This document shows, piece by piece, positions 27,587 to 36,962 of a DNA stretch of 64,000 bases. The stretch covers positions 39,150 to 103,149 of the forward strand of contig CAAEHI010000052.1 of NCBI GenBank assembly GCA_900755685.1, read 5' to 3'. The number at the start of each line of letters is the position of its first letter. Position 1 is the first letter of the stretch. The notes under the pieces are model-generated. The model searched no databases and was not told the DNA's origin. It worked only from the letters and a program-made list of their open reading frames with translations. The translations under genes were made by a program, and so were the position numbers. Source of the stretch: an uncultured Collinsella sp. GTDB lineage: Bacteria > Actinomycetota > Coriobacteriia > Coriobacteriales > Coriobacteriaceae.

Positions 27587-27676
27587 CCCTTTTATAACTT
27601 TCGGTGGAATAGTTCCTGTTTGCGGCAGAATAGGGGCCAAACAGGAACTATTTCACCGCAACTGAAGGGGGCTGTC
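27587..27676 (+). promoter_or_regulatory. Conserved promoter plus structured 5' leader, copy A (ttttataactt, 21-bp-stem hairpin, RBS), upstream of the oxidoreductase gene
   Basis: cccttttataactttcggtggaatagttcctgtttg-cggcagaataggggc-caaacaggaactatttcaccgcaactgaaggggg. See the paired copy at 28767. Confidence 0.45.
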
Positions 27677-28696
27677 GTGGGCCATCGGGATTCATGTGAT
27701 GATTTGCGTGAGGTTCGTTGGGGCATTTTGGGTGCCGGACACATTTCGCATCGATTTGCATCGTCGCTCAAGGAGGTGGACGGGGCACGGCTTGTGGCTG
27801 CCGCCGGCCGCACTCCTTCGCATGTTGAGGAGTTTTGCAGGGCGTTTTCGATTGATGCCGCGCACAGTTATGCCACGGCTGACGATAGCGGCGATGTGGC
27901 TTATGATGCGCTGATTGCCGACCCCGATGTCGACGCAATCTACTTGGCTCTTCCACATGGCATGCATGCGCATTGGGTCTGTCGGGCACTGCGCGCGGGA
28001 AAGGCCGTGCTGTGCGAAAAGCCGGCCGTTTTGAGTGAGGAAGAGGCTCTCTCGATTGCCTCCACCTCTCGTGAGCGCGGCGTGCTGTTTATGGAGGCGA
28101 TGAAGAATCGGTTTTGCCCGATGCGCACTCGCGTGAAGGACTTGCTTGCGTCGGGTGAGCTTGGCCGTATTGTCTCGATTGAAAGCGTGCAAAAGCTCGA
28201 TTACGGCGAGCCTCCTTCGGGCTATCTGCTTGATTCGTTGCAGGGCGGCTGTCTATATGACATGGGCTGCTATGCGGTCGGTTGGTTTGAGGATTTGCTC
28301 GCGGGCGCGTGCGAGGTTTCATCCCGTGAAGTTCGCTGGCGTGACGTATCAGGCGGCCGCGTCGATTGGGCCGACGAGATCCGTATGAGCGTCGGCGGTA
28401 TACCCATTCATATGGTGTGCGACGGCAAAGCAACATATGAAAGCCGCTTAACGATTGCCTGTGAGCGAGGCTCGTTGGAAATCGAGCGTCTCCATCGCCC
28501 CGAGCTCGCCCATGTGAAGTATTCCGACGGTCGAGTACTCGAAATCGATGCACCATTTGAGGTTGATGATTTCTACGGCGAAATCCAGCATGCGACGCAG
28601 CTCATTCAGGCGGGGAAACTCGAAAGCCCCATCATGTCCCTAGCCGCCACACAGCGCTGTGCGCACATCATCGATGCAATCCGTCTAGCCCTCTAG
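27677..28696 (+). CDS. Gfo/Idh/MocA-family oxidoreductase
   Basis: GTG start after RBS aaggggg. WGILGAGHISHRFA… Rossmann, then the GFO_IDH_MocA C-domain. Confidence 0.75.
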   Translation: MGHRDSCDDLREVRWGILGAGHISHRFASSLKEVDGARLVAAAGRTPSHVEEFCRAFSIDAAHSYATADDSGDVAYDALIADPDVDAIYLALPHGMHAHWVCRALRAGKAVLCEKPAVLSEEEALSIASTSRERGVLFMEAMKNRFCPMRTRVKDLLASGELGRIVSIESVQKLDYGEPPSGYLLDSLQGGCLYDMGCYAVGWFEDLLAGACEVSSREVRWRDVSGGRVDWADEIRMSVGGIPIHMVCDGKATYESRLTIACERGSLEIERLHRPELAHVKYSDGRVLEIDAPFEVDDFYGEIQHATQLIQAGKLESPIMSLAATQRCAHIIDAIRLAL

Positions 28697-28766
28697 GACT
28701 TGGCGCTGACGCGTAGGGGATCATGACGCCGGCGCCCGTGGTGCCCGGCGGCCCACATCTCTGATG

Positions 28767-28862
28767 CCCCTTTTATAACTTGCGGTGGAATACGGTCTGT
28801 TTGCGCCAAAATAAGGCACCAATAGACCGTATTTCACCGCAACTGATGAGGGGGAGTTGGAG
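28767..28862 (+). promoter_or_regulatory. Conserved promoter plus structured 5' leader, copy B, upstream of nfo
   Basis: cccttttataacttgcggtggaatacggtctgtttg-cgccaaaataaggcac-caatagaccgtatttcaccgcaactgatgagggggag. The stem interior differs from copy A but stays complementary. Confidence 0.45.
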
Positions 28863-29729
28863 ATGCTGACGATCGGGTGTCATCTTTCGACGACGAAGGG
28901 CTATCGGGCGATGGGGGAGACGGCGTTGTCCATTGGCGCCAATACCTTTGCGTTCTTTACGCGCAACCCGCGCGGTGGTAAGGCAAAAGACCTTGACATG
29001 GATGACGTGGCGGCCCTGCGCGAGCTTATGGAGCAAAACGACTTTGGCCCGCTCGTGGCTCATGCCCCGTATACCTATAACCCCTGCTCCGCTAAGGAGC
29101 GGGCGCGCGAGTTTGCCCTGGAGGCCATGGCCGAGGATCTGCAGCGCATGGAAGCGCTGCCCGGCAACTACTACAACTTCCATCCCGGTGCGCATGTAGG
29201 ACAGGGGGCAGACGTCGGCATTCAGATGATTGTTGATACGCTGTGCCAGGTGATGTTTGAGGGACAGCAGACGACGGTATTGCTTGAGACCATGGCAGGC
29301 AAGGGCACCGAGGTGGGCCGTAGCTTTGAAGAACTGGCGTGCATTATCGAGGGCGTTGCCGCCAAGTGCCCAGAGCTGTCCGATAAGCTGGGCGTTTGTT
29401 TGGATACCTGCCATGTGAGCGATGCCGGCTACGACATCAACCATGATCTGGACGGCGTACTCGACGAGTTCGACCGCGTGGTGGGTATCGATTGCTTGCA
29501 TGCCGTACACATCAACGATTCGAAGAACCCTTGTGGCGCCCATAAAGATCGTCACGAGTGCATCGGCAAGGGATACCTTGGCAGCGAGGAATTTGGTGGC
29601 GGTATGCAGGTTATGCAGAATATTGTATCGAATGGCCGCTTGCGCGCATTGCCATTCATTTTGGAGACACCGAACGAACTTGCAGGTTATGCGGCTGAAA
29701 TCAAACTGTTAAGGTCATTGCAGCAGTAA
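28863..29729 (+). CDS. nfo: Endonuclease IV (AP endonuclease family 2)
   Basis: Collinear with E. coli Nfo: [10 protein letters not shown] / HAPYTYNP / FHPGAH / [12 protein letters not shown] / CLDTCH / HINDSK / DRHE / ILETP. RBS gagggggag. Confidence 0.85.
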   Translation: MLTIGCHLSTTKGYRAMGETALSIGANTFAFFTRNPRGGKAKDLDMDDVAALRELMEQNDFGPLVAHAPYTYNPCSAKERAREFALEAMAEDLQRMEALPGNYYNFHPGAHVGQGADVGIQMIVDTLCQVMFEGQQTTVLLETMAGKGTEVGRSFEELACIIEGVAAKCPELSDKLGVCLDTCHVSDAGYDINHDLDGVLDEFDRVVGIDCLHAVHINDSKNPCGAHKDRHECIGKGYLGSEEFGGGMQVMQNIVSNGRLRALPFILETPNELAGYAAEIKLLRSLQQ

Positions 29730-29876
29730 TGGCTGCCATAAAGTGGGACGCTCCATTCACGTTATGGGTTTGTTTCAATCAGTTTTCTAATTGCAGATTC
29801 TTCCAAGCGGGTGCATAATAACCCTCAGTTTTTGCAGACCTCTGAATCACGTGGGGTCATTGGAAGGAGACTGATT

Positions 29877-30737
29877 ATGAAGCTGAAGAAGCTTGGCGCA
29901 TTTGCCGCCACGGGTGCCATGGCGCTCGCCCTCGCTCTGACGGGCTGCGGCTCGTCCAACGCCACCTCTGGTTCTAATGCCGGTTCCAGCAGCTCTGACG
30001 ACGCTAAGGTCGAGAAGGTCGACGGCTCTAAGGAGTACGCGCTCGTCAAGGACGGTACGCTGACCGTCGGCACCTCTGCCGAGTACGCTCCGTTTGAGTA
30101 CAAGGATGACAACGGCGATTATCAGGGCTTTGACCTTGAACTCATCAAGGCTATCGGCGACAAGCTGGGCCTGGATGTCGAGTATGTCAACAATGACTTC
30201 GACACGCTGGTTCCGGGCGTCGCTTCGGGCGCCAAGTATGACGTCTCCATCGCGGCTATCACCGACACGCCCGAGCGTGAGAAGGAAGTCACTTTCTCTG
30301 ATTCCTACTACATGGACGATCAGGCTATCGTGACCAAGGTCGATAACACCGACATCACGGCCGACAACTACAGCGAGAAGCTCAACAACGCCGATGCTAC
30401 CATCATCGTCCAGTCTGGCTCGACCGCCGAGTCCTTTGCCCAGGAGAACTTCCCCAAGGCCAAGATTGTCCCCTACAAGGACGCCACCGAGTGCTTCAGC
30501 GCCCTGCAGTCCGATAAGGGCGACGCCGTAGTCACCAACCGCTCCGTTGCCAGCCAGCTGACCGCCGAGCAGTTCAACACCTGCCAGACCATTAAGCAGA
30601 TCAGCACCGGCGAGGAGTACGCCATCGCCATCAACCAGGGCAACACCAAGCTCAAGGACGACATCAACCAGGCCATCAAGGACCTGACCGACGACGGTAC
30701 CGTTGACGCCCTCATGGCTAAGTACAACATCAAGTAA
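29877..30737 (+). CDS. Amino-acid ABC transporter substrate-binding lipoprotein (SBP family 3)
   Basis: MKLKKLGAFAATGAMALALALTGCGSS is a lipobox signal. RBS ggaaggag. Periplasmic-binding-protein type 2 fold. Confidence 0.85.
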   Translation: MKLKKLGAFAATGAMALALALTGCGSSNATSGSNAGSSSSDDAKVEKVDGSKEYALVKDGTLTVGTSAEYAPFEYKDDNGDYQGFDLELIKAIGDKLGLDVEYVNNDFDTLVPGVASGAKYDVSIAAITDTPEREKEVTFSDSYYMDDQAIVTKVDNTDITADNYSEKLNNADATIIVQSGSTAESFAQENFPKAKIVPYKDATECFSALQSDKGDAVVTNRSVASQLTAEQFNTCQTIKQISTGEEYAIAINQGNTKLKDDINQAIKDLTDDGTVDALMAKYNIK

Positions 30738-30855
30738 AATAGCTACTTGATTGCTCGCGGGCCCTTTCCGCTTTGGCGGAGAGGGCCTTTGCGCTTCTCT
30801 TGACGGAGAGCATTTCCGTCTCGTTTTGCCGGCAACTTCTACGATAGGAGCCACC

Positions 30856-32217
30856 TTGTCTCGACTGAACAAAGGGGCCGTGGAGCAGCGTTTTCCACTG
30901 CCCGCCTTGCTCCAAAAGCTAGTCTGCGTCATGGCCGTGGCGCTCGCGCTGGTGTGTGTGGGGGCATATGCGCCCACGACCGCTCAGGCGCTTGAGACCG
31001 CAAAGATTACCGCCCGACCCAACACCGGTTCGGGCAGCGCTGTGGTCGGCGGTACCGAGACGCGCATTACCTGGGAGGTCCAGGCCGATGCCGATGAGGA
31101 GCTGAGCGGTCTTTCGCTGACGTTTGTCGACGGCACGACGTTTGGTACCGATGACACGCGATTGACGATGCTCTCGGGCGAGGACCTCATGGATCGTACG
31201 CCCATGAAACCCACGTGCAAGGCTGACGGCCAGACGCTCAAGATTGACTTTGGCGAGACGGCGCCTGCCGGCGGCTTTTTCCGTGTCGAGGTTTATGGTG
31301 TGACGTTTCCCGTCGAGGGCGGCGATGAGGCCTTTAGCGGCACCTATACGCTCGCCGACGGTTCGACCAAGAAGATTTCAAAAATTCCTTCCGTCGAGAT
31401 CAAGGGCGTGACGGCCTTCGATAACTTCCTGGCCGATCTTAAGGAGCAGCCGTGGGTCGAGGCCTGGAACTCCAATATGTTCCTGCGCCTGTTCTTGAAC
31501 CCGGTCATTTTGGTCCAAAGCCTGCCGATCGTCTTTAAGGGCTTCCTTATGTCGCTTTCGATCGTGCTTGTGGCGTTTCCGCTGGCAATTCCCTTCGGTT
31601 TTGCCCTGTCGCTCATGCGCATCTCCAAGTCGCGCATCCTGCGTTGCCTCGCCGGCATCTACGTGAATATCATTCGCGGTACGCCGGCGTTCCTGCAGAT
31701 CTATATCGCGTTCTTCGGTCTGCCGTTGGCCGGCGTCAAGGTGGACGACTATGTCTTGGGCGTTATCGTCATGGCCATGAACTCGTCTGCGTACCTGTGC
31801 GAGATCTTCCGTGCCGGTATTCAATCGATCCCCAAGGGCCAAAACGAGGCTGCTCGCTCTCTGGGCATGAATGCCTTCCAGACGCTGCTCTACGTTATGA
31901 TTCCGCAGACATTCCGCAATGTTTTGCCTACGCTGACCAGCGAGTTTATCTTGCTTTACAAGGATACGTCGCTGCTTGCCGCCGTGGGTGTGGTCGAGAT
32001 CGTCATGAACGCCCGTACCATCGTGGCCACGACGGGCTCCATCACGCCGTATGTGGTTGCCGCCCTGTTCTATCTGGTCATCACCCTGCCGCTCGCTCGC
32101 TTGGTGAGCGGTCTTGAGGCGAGGCTTTTGGGCACGGCCGAGACCAAGAAGAAGCGTCCCGCCAAGAGCGCCGGACAGGTTGTCGCGACGCCTGCCGATC
32201 ACATCGCCGGTCTGTAA
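30856..32217 (+). CDS. Polar-amino-acid ABC permease fused to a ~200-aa N-terminal extracytoplasmic domain
   Basis: The C-terminal ~230 aa are a HisM/GlnP-type permease (EAA-like loop …ARSLGMNAFQT…). N-terminally there is a signal-anchor (VCVMAVALALVCVGAYA), then a domain of unknown function. The start is uncertain: TTG 30856 has RBS taggag; the first ATG is 30931. Confidence 0.7.
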   Translation: MSRLNKGAVEQRFPLPALLQKLVCVMAVALALVCVGAYAPTTAQALETAKITARPNTGSGSAVVGGTETRITWEVQADADEELSGLSLTFVDGTTFGTDDTRLTMLSGEDLMDRTPMKPTCKADGQTLKIDFGETAPAGGFFRVEVYGVTFPVEGGDEAFSGTYTLADGSTKKISKIPSVEIKGVTAFDNFLADLKEQPWVEAWNSNMFLRLFLNPVILVQSLPIVFKGFLMSLSIVLVAFPLAIPFGFALSLMRISKSRILRCLAGIYVNIIRGTPAFLQIYIAFFGLPLAGVKVDDYVLGVIVMAMNSSAYLCEIFRAGIQSIPKGQNEAARSLGMNAFQTLLYVMIPQTFRNVLPTLTSEFILLYKDTSLLAAVGVVEIVMNARTIVATTGSITPYVVAALFYLVITLPLARLVSGLEARLLGTAETKKKRPAKSAGQVVATPADHIAGL

Positions 32218-32229
32218 GGAGGTCCTATC

Positions 32230-32982
32230 ATGAGCGAAACCAATAACTCGAACGAGGTCGTCGTCAGTATCAAGAACCTCCAGAAGGCCTTTGGCGACAA
32301 CGTGGTCCTGCGCGATATCGATCTGGATGTGCACAAGGGTGAGGTCGTTGTGGTCTTGGGCCCCTCGGGCTCGGGCAAGTCGACGATGCTTCGCTGCATC
32401 AATCGTCTGGAGCATCCCACGAGTGGCTCGATTATCGTTGAGGGCGTGGATGTGTGCGCCAAGGGTGTCGACCTCAACAAAGTGCGCACGCACCTGGGCA
32501 TGGTCTTTCAGCAGTTCAACCTGTTCCCGCACCTGTCGGTCAAAAAGAACGTCATGCTCGCGCAGCAGAAGGTGCTCAATCGCAGCAAGGAAGAGGCCGA
32601 GAAGATTGCCGTCGAGGAGCTGACCAAGGTCGGTCTTGCCGAGCGTATCGACTTTATGCCGAGCCAGCTCTCGGGCGGCCAGCAGCAGCGCGTTGCCATC
32701 GCCCGCGCCCTGTCGATGAACCCGCACGTGATGCTCTTTGACGAGGCTACGTCAGCGCTTGACCCCGAGCTTGTCCGCGACGTTCTTGGCGTCATGCGCG
32801 ATCTTGCACGTGACGGTATGACCATGATCGTGGTGACGCACGAGATGGGCTTTGCCCGCGATGTCGCCGACCGCGTGGTCTTTATGGACGGCGGCGTTAT
32901 CGTGGAAGAGGGCACGCCGAGCGAGGTCTTCGACCATCCCAAGAGCGAACGCACCAAGGCGTTCTTGGGCAATATCTCGTAG
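32230..32982 (+). CDS. Polar-amino-acid ABC transporter ATP-binding protein
   Basis: Walker [10 protein letters not shown], signature [15 protein letters not shown], Walker [11 protein letters not shown]. Confidence 0.9.
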   Translation: MSETNNSNEVVVSIKNLQKAFGDNVVLRDIDLDVHKGEVVVVLGPSGSGKSTMLRCINRLEHPTSGSIIVEGVDVCAKGVDLNKVRTHLGMVFQQFNLFPHLSVKKNVMLAQQKVLNRSKEEAEKIAVEELTKVGLAERIDFMPSQLSGGQQQRVAIARALSMNPHVMLFDEATSALDPELVRDVLGVMRDLARDGMTMIVVTHEMGFARDVADRVVFMDGGVIVEEGTPSEVFDHPKSERTKAFLGNIS

Positions 32983-33009
32983 CCGCTTTATATGACTGAC
33001 ATAGCAGAA

Positions 33010-33046
33010 AACGGGAGCCGGATGTGATCCGGCTCCCGTTTTTGTT
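33010..33046 (+). terminator. Rho-independent terminator after the ABC ATPase gene
   Basis: cgggagccgg-atgtgat-ccggctcccg followed by tttttg. Confidence 0.65.
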
Positions 33047-33099
33047 GGGACGCGAATGTGTTTTGGTGCAGAGCGCGTTACGGGCGGAGCTCATTGCCG

Positions 33100-33519
33100 C
33101 TAGGCGAGCTCGGCTCCAAGGGCGCGGCAGGCCGCCTCGCCCTCATCGTCGGGGGCGTCGTAGCAGATGACGGAATCGACGACGTTAACACCCGCCTCGT
33201 CGGCGTCCGCCTTCCAGTTGTCCATCCATTCGCCCTCGGCCCACGAATAAGAGCCAAAGAGGACGACCTTCTTGTCGCCGAGAGTCTCCTTGACCTCGTT
33301 CCACATCGGCTGGAACTCATCGTACTCGAGTTCCTCGGAGCCCATGGCGGGGCAGCCGAAGGCGAAGGCGTCGTAGTCGGCGGCCCTGTCGGTAGAGAAG
33401 TCGGCGCAGGGGATGACCTCAGTTTCGGCACCCGCGGACGTGGCGCCTTCGGCGACGAGATTTGCCATGGCCTCGGTATTGCCCGTGCCGCTCCAATAGA
33501 CGACGGCGATCTTGCTCAT
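33100..33519 (-). CDS. Flavodoxin (short-chain)
   Basis: MSKIAVVYWSGTGNTEAMA… is the FMN phosphate-binding loop. 139 aa. Confidence 0.85.
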   Translation of the reverse strand: MSKIAVVYWSGTGNTEAMANLVAEGATSAGAETEVIPCADFSTDRAADYDAFAFGCPAMGSEELEYDEFQPMWNEVKETLGDKKVVLFGSYSWAEGEWMDNWKADADEAGVNVVDSVICYDAPDDEGEAACRALGAELA

Positions 33520-33565
33520 GTTGAGTCCTTTCAGTTGTGCGGCAGGTTGCCGCGGCTTCTATGTT

Positions 33566-34270
33566 CTATCGGGTTGCCTGGGCAAGTTGCGCCAAGCTGC
33601 AGCCCTGCTGATAGACAAAGGTGAGGTATTGAGTGCAAGCGCGGTAGGCGTCAAACATCGCAAGCGCTTGCTCGACATTCGTGTAGACCTTCCAAGCTCC
33701 AAAGACCTTGTAGTTCTCGCCGCGCTGGACGATAAACTCGCGCACATCGTCGTAGGGATATCCGAGGAAGTAGCCTATTTCGTGCGGAAACTCGCAGGTG
33801 CAGTCGTTGCTGCAGCTAGCTTGCTGGGGTAGTGCGCATCGAGTCTGGCTACAGGCGCATTCCGCGACGTTATTGCTCGCGAGCGTGATGCGTGATGCCA
33901 AATGCACAAGGCATGTCGAAAGGTCTTTCGTGTCGTAGCCTTCCGAGGCGAGCGCCGTTTGGGCGCGAGGGTCTGCGAAATAGGTGGTGAGGCTTTTGGC
34001 TCGGTACATATACACGAGCGCTCCGCAGGGCCGCCAGACCAAAACACTCAGGTGGATACCGAACGGGTCAAGCTCGCGATTGCACTGGGCGATAACGTTG
34101 AGCAGGCGTGCTCGGCGCTCTGCGATGGTTTCGGTTGCGACCGAGCCGTCCCCGTGGGCGTAGGTGCCTGGATAGGTAAAGAGCGATGCCGGCTTGATGC
34201 CCGCGAGCGTGGGAGAGCAGTTGCGCACGACTGCCGCCTGAAACGTTGGGATGTCTATGGTTCGAGTCAC
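33566..34270 (-). CDS. Cys-rich hypothetical protein, co-directional with and just upstream of flavodoxin
   Basis: 234 aa with a C-x-C-x4-C…C-x3-C-x-C cluster (ECACSQTRC…CSNDCTC). No confident family assignment. Confidence 0.5.
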   Translation of the reverse strand: MTRTIDIPTFQAAVVRNCSPTLAGIKPASLFTYPGTYAHGDGSVATETIAERRARLLNVIAQCNRELDPFGIHLSVLVWRPCGALVYMYRAKSLTTYFADPRAQTALASEGYDTKDLSTCLVHLASRITLASNNVAECACSQTRCALPQQASCSNDCTCEFPHEIGYFLGYPYDDVREFIVQRGENYKVFGAWKVYTNVEQALAMFDAYRACTQYLTFVYQQGCSLAQLAQATR

Positions 34271-34444
34271 GGCGCTCCTTACGGATCTAAACTGTTAGCC
34301 TAGGAAAACTTATACACGAAAGTAAGCCATGGTCAACAAAAAAGTTTGAAGAGGGAAACTAATTGACCGAACGGACATGATTTTAGGTTAAGATGGGGAC
34401 ACCCCATGGGGGTATCTAGATAGTGCTACTTGAAAGGGGAACGC

Positions 34445-34828
34445 ATGAGTGACTTGCTCAACCCTGCGAATCTCATCGTGCTGGCCGTCATTGCCGCCGG
34501 CATGTTTTTTGGACTGCGTCGCATTGCCGCTTCGACACACGGGAAGAGTTGTTGCAGCGATGGCGCGAGCGGCAAGAAGGCCAAAAAGGTTGTTGTGACG
34601 GATACCGATGCGTCGCACTATCCCTATAGCGATGAGCTGCTCATCGGCGGCATGAGCTGTGACGGCTGCGCTCAGAATGTAGCCAATGCCCTCAATGCGC
34701 TGGATGGCGTGTGGGCAACGGTGACGTATGCGGACCACACGGCACGCGTGCGCTCTAAGCAGCCGGTTGATCGTGGTGTCCTCGAGACGGCCGTGAAAGA
34801 CGCGGGCTACTACGTCATGACGCTGTAA
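34445..34828 (+). CDS. Heavy-metal-associated (HMA) domain protein with N-terminal TM helix
   Basis: GMSCDGCAQNVANALNALDGV is an HMA MxCxxC motif. N-terminal hydrophobic segment. RBS aagggga. Confidence 0.7.
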   Translation: MSDLLNPANLIVLAVIAAGMFFGLRRIAASTHGKSCCSDGASGKKAKKVVVTDTDASHYPYSDELLIGGMSCDGCAQNVANALNALDGVWATVTYADHTARVRSKQPVDRGVLETAVKDAGYYVMTL

Positions 34829-34854
34829 GCGCCGCCCTGGATGCGTTTCCTTGG

Positions 34855-35292
34855 CTAGGCTCGGCCGCGCAGCTCGATATCTTGGATATCGTCGAAATCG
34901 ATGGCGATATCCCTGAGTTTGAGGAGCTTGAAGGCAGGGAGTACCTCGTCGAGGATGCCGGTACGGGAGCGATAGCCGTACGTATCGTAATAGGTGACGC
35001 GGACCAGGTCGCCACGTTTGAGACCCTCGAGCTTTTTAGAAAGCACGAGGGCTTTTTCTTCCGTGAGCTCACGTTTTGGCTCGACGGTGATTTCCTGCTT
35101 GCGCACGAGTTCGTAGTATCCCGTGAGGGCGGAAAAGGGCATAAACTGTGCGGCGCGGTTGGCGCGCACGGCACCGTTGGCTGTGAGGCTGGGGTCGGCG
35201 GCGCGGCGTCTGCCCTCGGGGTCCGCCAGGCGCTCGAAGGCGGTCGGCGGGCGCACGGGCTGTTGTTTGGGTTTAGGCACGGTGTCCTCCAA
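34855..35292 (-). CDS. YolD-like protein (companion of Y-family polymerases)
   Basis: 145 aa, immediately downstream of and overlapping the Y-family polymerase gene. The C-terminal region resembles the YolD family. Assignment by context and weak similarity. Confidence 0.55.
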   Translation of the reverse strand: MEDTVPKPKQQPVRPPTAFERLADPEGRRRAADPSLTANGAVRANRAAQFMPFSALTGYYELVRKQEITVEPKRELTEEKALVLSKKLEGLKRGDLVRVTYYDTYGYRSRTGILDEVLPAFKLLKLRDIAIDFDDIQDIELRGRA

Positions 35293-36844
35293 CTTGGTCG
35301 TTGCGTTCGCGCGCGGTGGCGCCGGCGGTAAAGCTTAATCCCTTGACGAGCGCGTTCTTGCCGTACTTGTCTTTCACAGCCAGGACGGCGCGCGCCAGGT
35401 CGCGCTCGCGCTCATCGGCCTCGACATCGCTAAACAGATCGATAGTGGCAAATTCCTCGGGCACAAGATTGCCAAAGCCCAGGTTGATGCGCTTGACCGG
35501 TCGTTTAGGGTCGACGGTTTTCGCCCAAAGGTCATCGAAATAGCCCATGATCTTCTTAAACGAATTGGTGCGCTCGGGTAGCTTTCGCGAGGCATTGGAG
35601 TGCGCAAAGAGTGCGGCATAGCCACCACGCGGTTTGCCGCCATGCTCTCCCACAAAGATGCCATCGATTGCCTGCGCTTCGCGCACCAGGCGACGCCTTT
35701 CGTCATCGCACTGGACGGGCTTGGGCGCACGGGGTGCGAGCTCGGGGCCGGCGGTTGCGGTGGGTTCGATGCTCGATGTGCTCGAGCGCAGGTGTCCGCA
35801 TCCGTCCACATATTGTGCGGTACCGCTGGCATCAAGCCTGCGGATGTCGGCGCGCTCGCTCGCGTAGCCCACAAAGAGCGAGATGCTGTCACATACCACG
35901 TGCTTATCGACCAAGTCCAGCACGGCACTGTCGACCATCTCGCGCAAGACGGTGTAGGCCTGCTCGTAGGCATAGCCCTTCGAGAGCACCTGTCCTGTAG
36001 TGGTCGAAGTTGCTTGCGGGCGATAGGCTTGGATATCGGCGATGGTTGTCGGCTCGCGTCCGAAGGCGTGGTCGATGAGATACTCGGCATTGACGCCGAG
36101 CTCGTCGTAAAGCAGGTTTTCGTCGAGCGCCGCGACGCCCATCAGATCGTAGACGCCGTATTTTTCGAGTCGTGCTGCCACGCCGGGGCCGATGCCCCAG
36201 ATATCGGTGATGGGACGATGGGGCCAGATTTCCTTGCGAAAGGTCTCGTCGTCGAGTATGCCGATGCGGCTGGGTACGTGCTTGGCGGTGATATCGAGTG
36301 CAACCTTGGCCTGGAATAGGTTGGGGCCGATGCCGACCGTCGCCGTGATGCCGGTGCGCGCCAGGACCTCGTCGCGCAACATGCAGGCGAGCCCTTCCGC
36401 ATCGGTGTGATAAAGGTCCAGATAGGGTGTCACGTCGATAAAGCACTCGTCAATTGAGTAGACGTGAACGTCTTGCGGACTGACGTATTCCAGGTAGATA
36501 CCGTAGATCTGCGCCGACACCTCCATGTAGTGCTGCATGCGCGGTACGGCCTTGATGTAGTCGATGCCGTCGGGAATCTCAAATAGGCGGCAGCGATTGT
36601 GAATCCCTAGGTCCTTCATAGCCTGCGTGATGGCGAGGCAGATGGTCGTGCGTCCGCGCGATTCGTCGGCAACGACCAGGTTGGTGGTGAGCGGGTTGAG
36701 CCCGCGGTCGACGCACTCGACGCTAGCGTAAAACGTCTTGAGGTCGATGCAGATATAGGTGTGACGCTCGTGCCCCACGCGTCCTCCCATCAAACACATG
36801 TTCTTATCGAATATCTGTTCGATAATACCCGCTCGTCCGGACAT
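35273..36844 (-). CDS. Y-family translesion DNA polymerase (UmuC/DinB/ImuB superfamily)
   Basis: YICIDLKTFYASVECVDRGL…SIDECFIDVT… are the catalytic motifs of the impB/mucB/samB family. The start codon is uncertain (TTG 36850, ATG 36844, ATG 36790). Confidence 0.8.
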   Translation of the reverse strand: MSGRAGIIEQIFDKNMCLMGGRVGHERHTYICIDLKTFYASVECVDRGLNPLTTNLVVADESRGRTTICLAITQAMKDLGIHNRCRLFEIPDGIDYIKAVPRMQHYMEVSAQIYGIYLEYVSPQDVHVYSIDECFIDVTPYLDLYHTDAEGLACMLRDEVLARTGITATVGIGPNLFQAKVALDITAKHVPSRIGILDDETFRKEIWPHRPITDIWGIGPGVAARLEKYGVYDLMGVAALDENLLYDELGVNAEYLIDHAFGREPTTIADIQAYRPQATSTTTGQVLSKGYAYEQAYTVLREMVDSAVLDLVDKHVVCDSISLFVGYASERADIRRLDASGTAQYVDGCGHLRSSTSSIEPTATAGPELAPRAPKPVQCDDERRRLVREAQAIDGIFVGEHGGKPRGGYAALFAHSNASRKLPERTNSFKKIMGYFDDLWAKTVDPKRPVKRINLGFGNLVPEEFATIDLFSDVEADERERDLARAVLAVKDKYGKNALVKGLSFTAGATARERNDQVGGHRA

Positions 36845-36962
36845 CGTCAAAACCTGTCAAAAAGGGACTGGTTTGTTTTGGTAGGTATGGTCGTGCAGTT
36901 GGATCGGGTTTTAACGCAGCTCTAAAGAGTGCGAAACAGCTCGGAAAACCTCGCTTCGTAGC

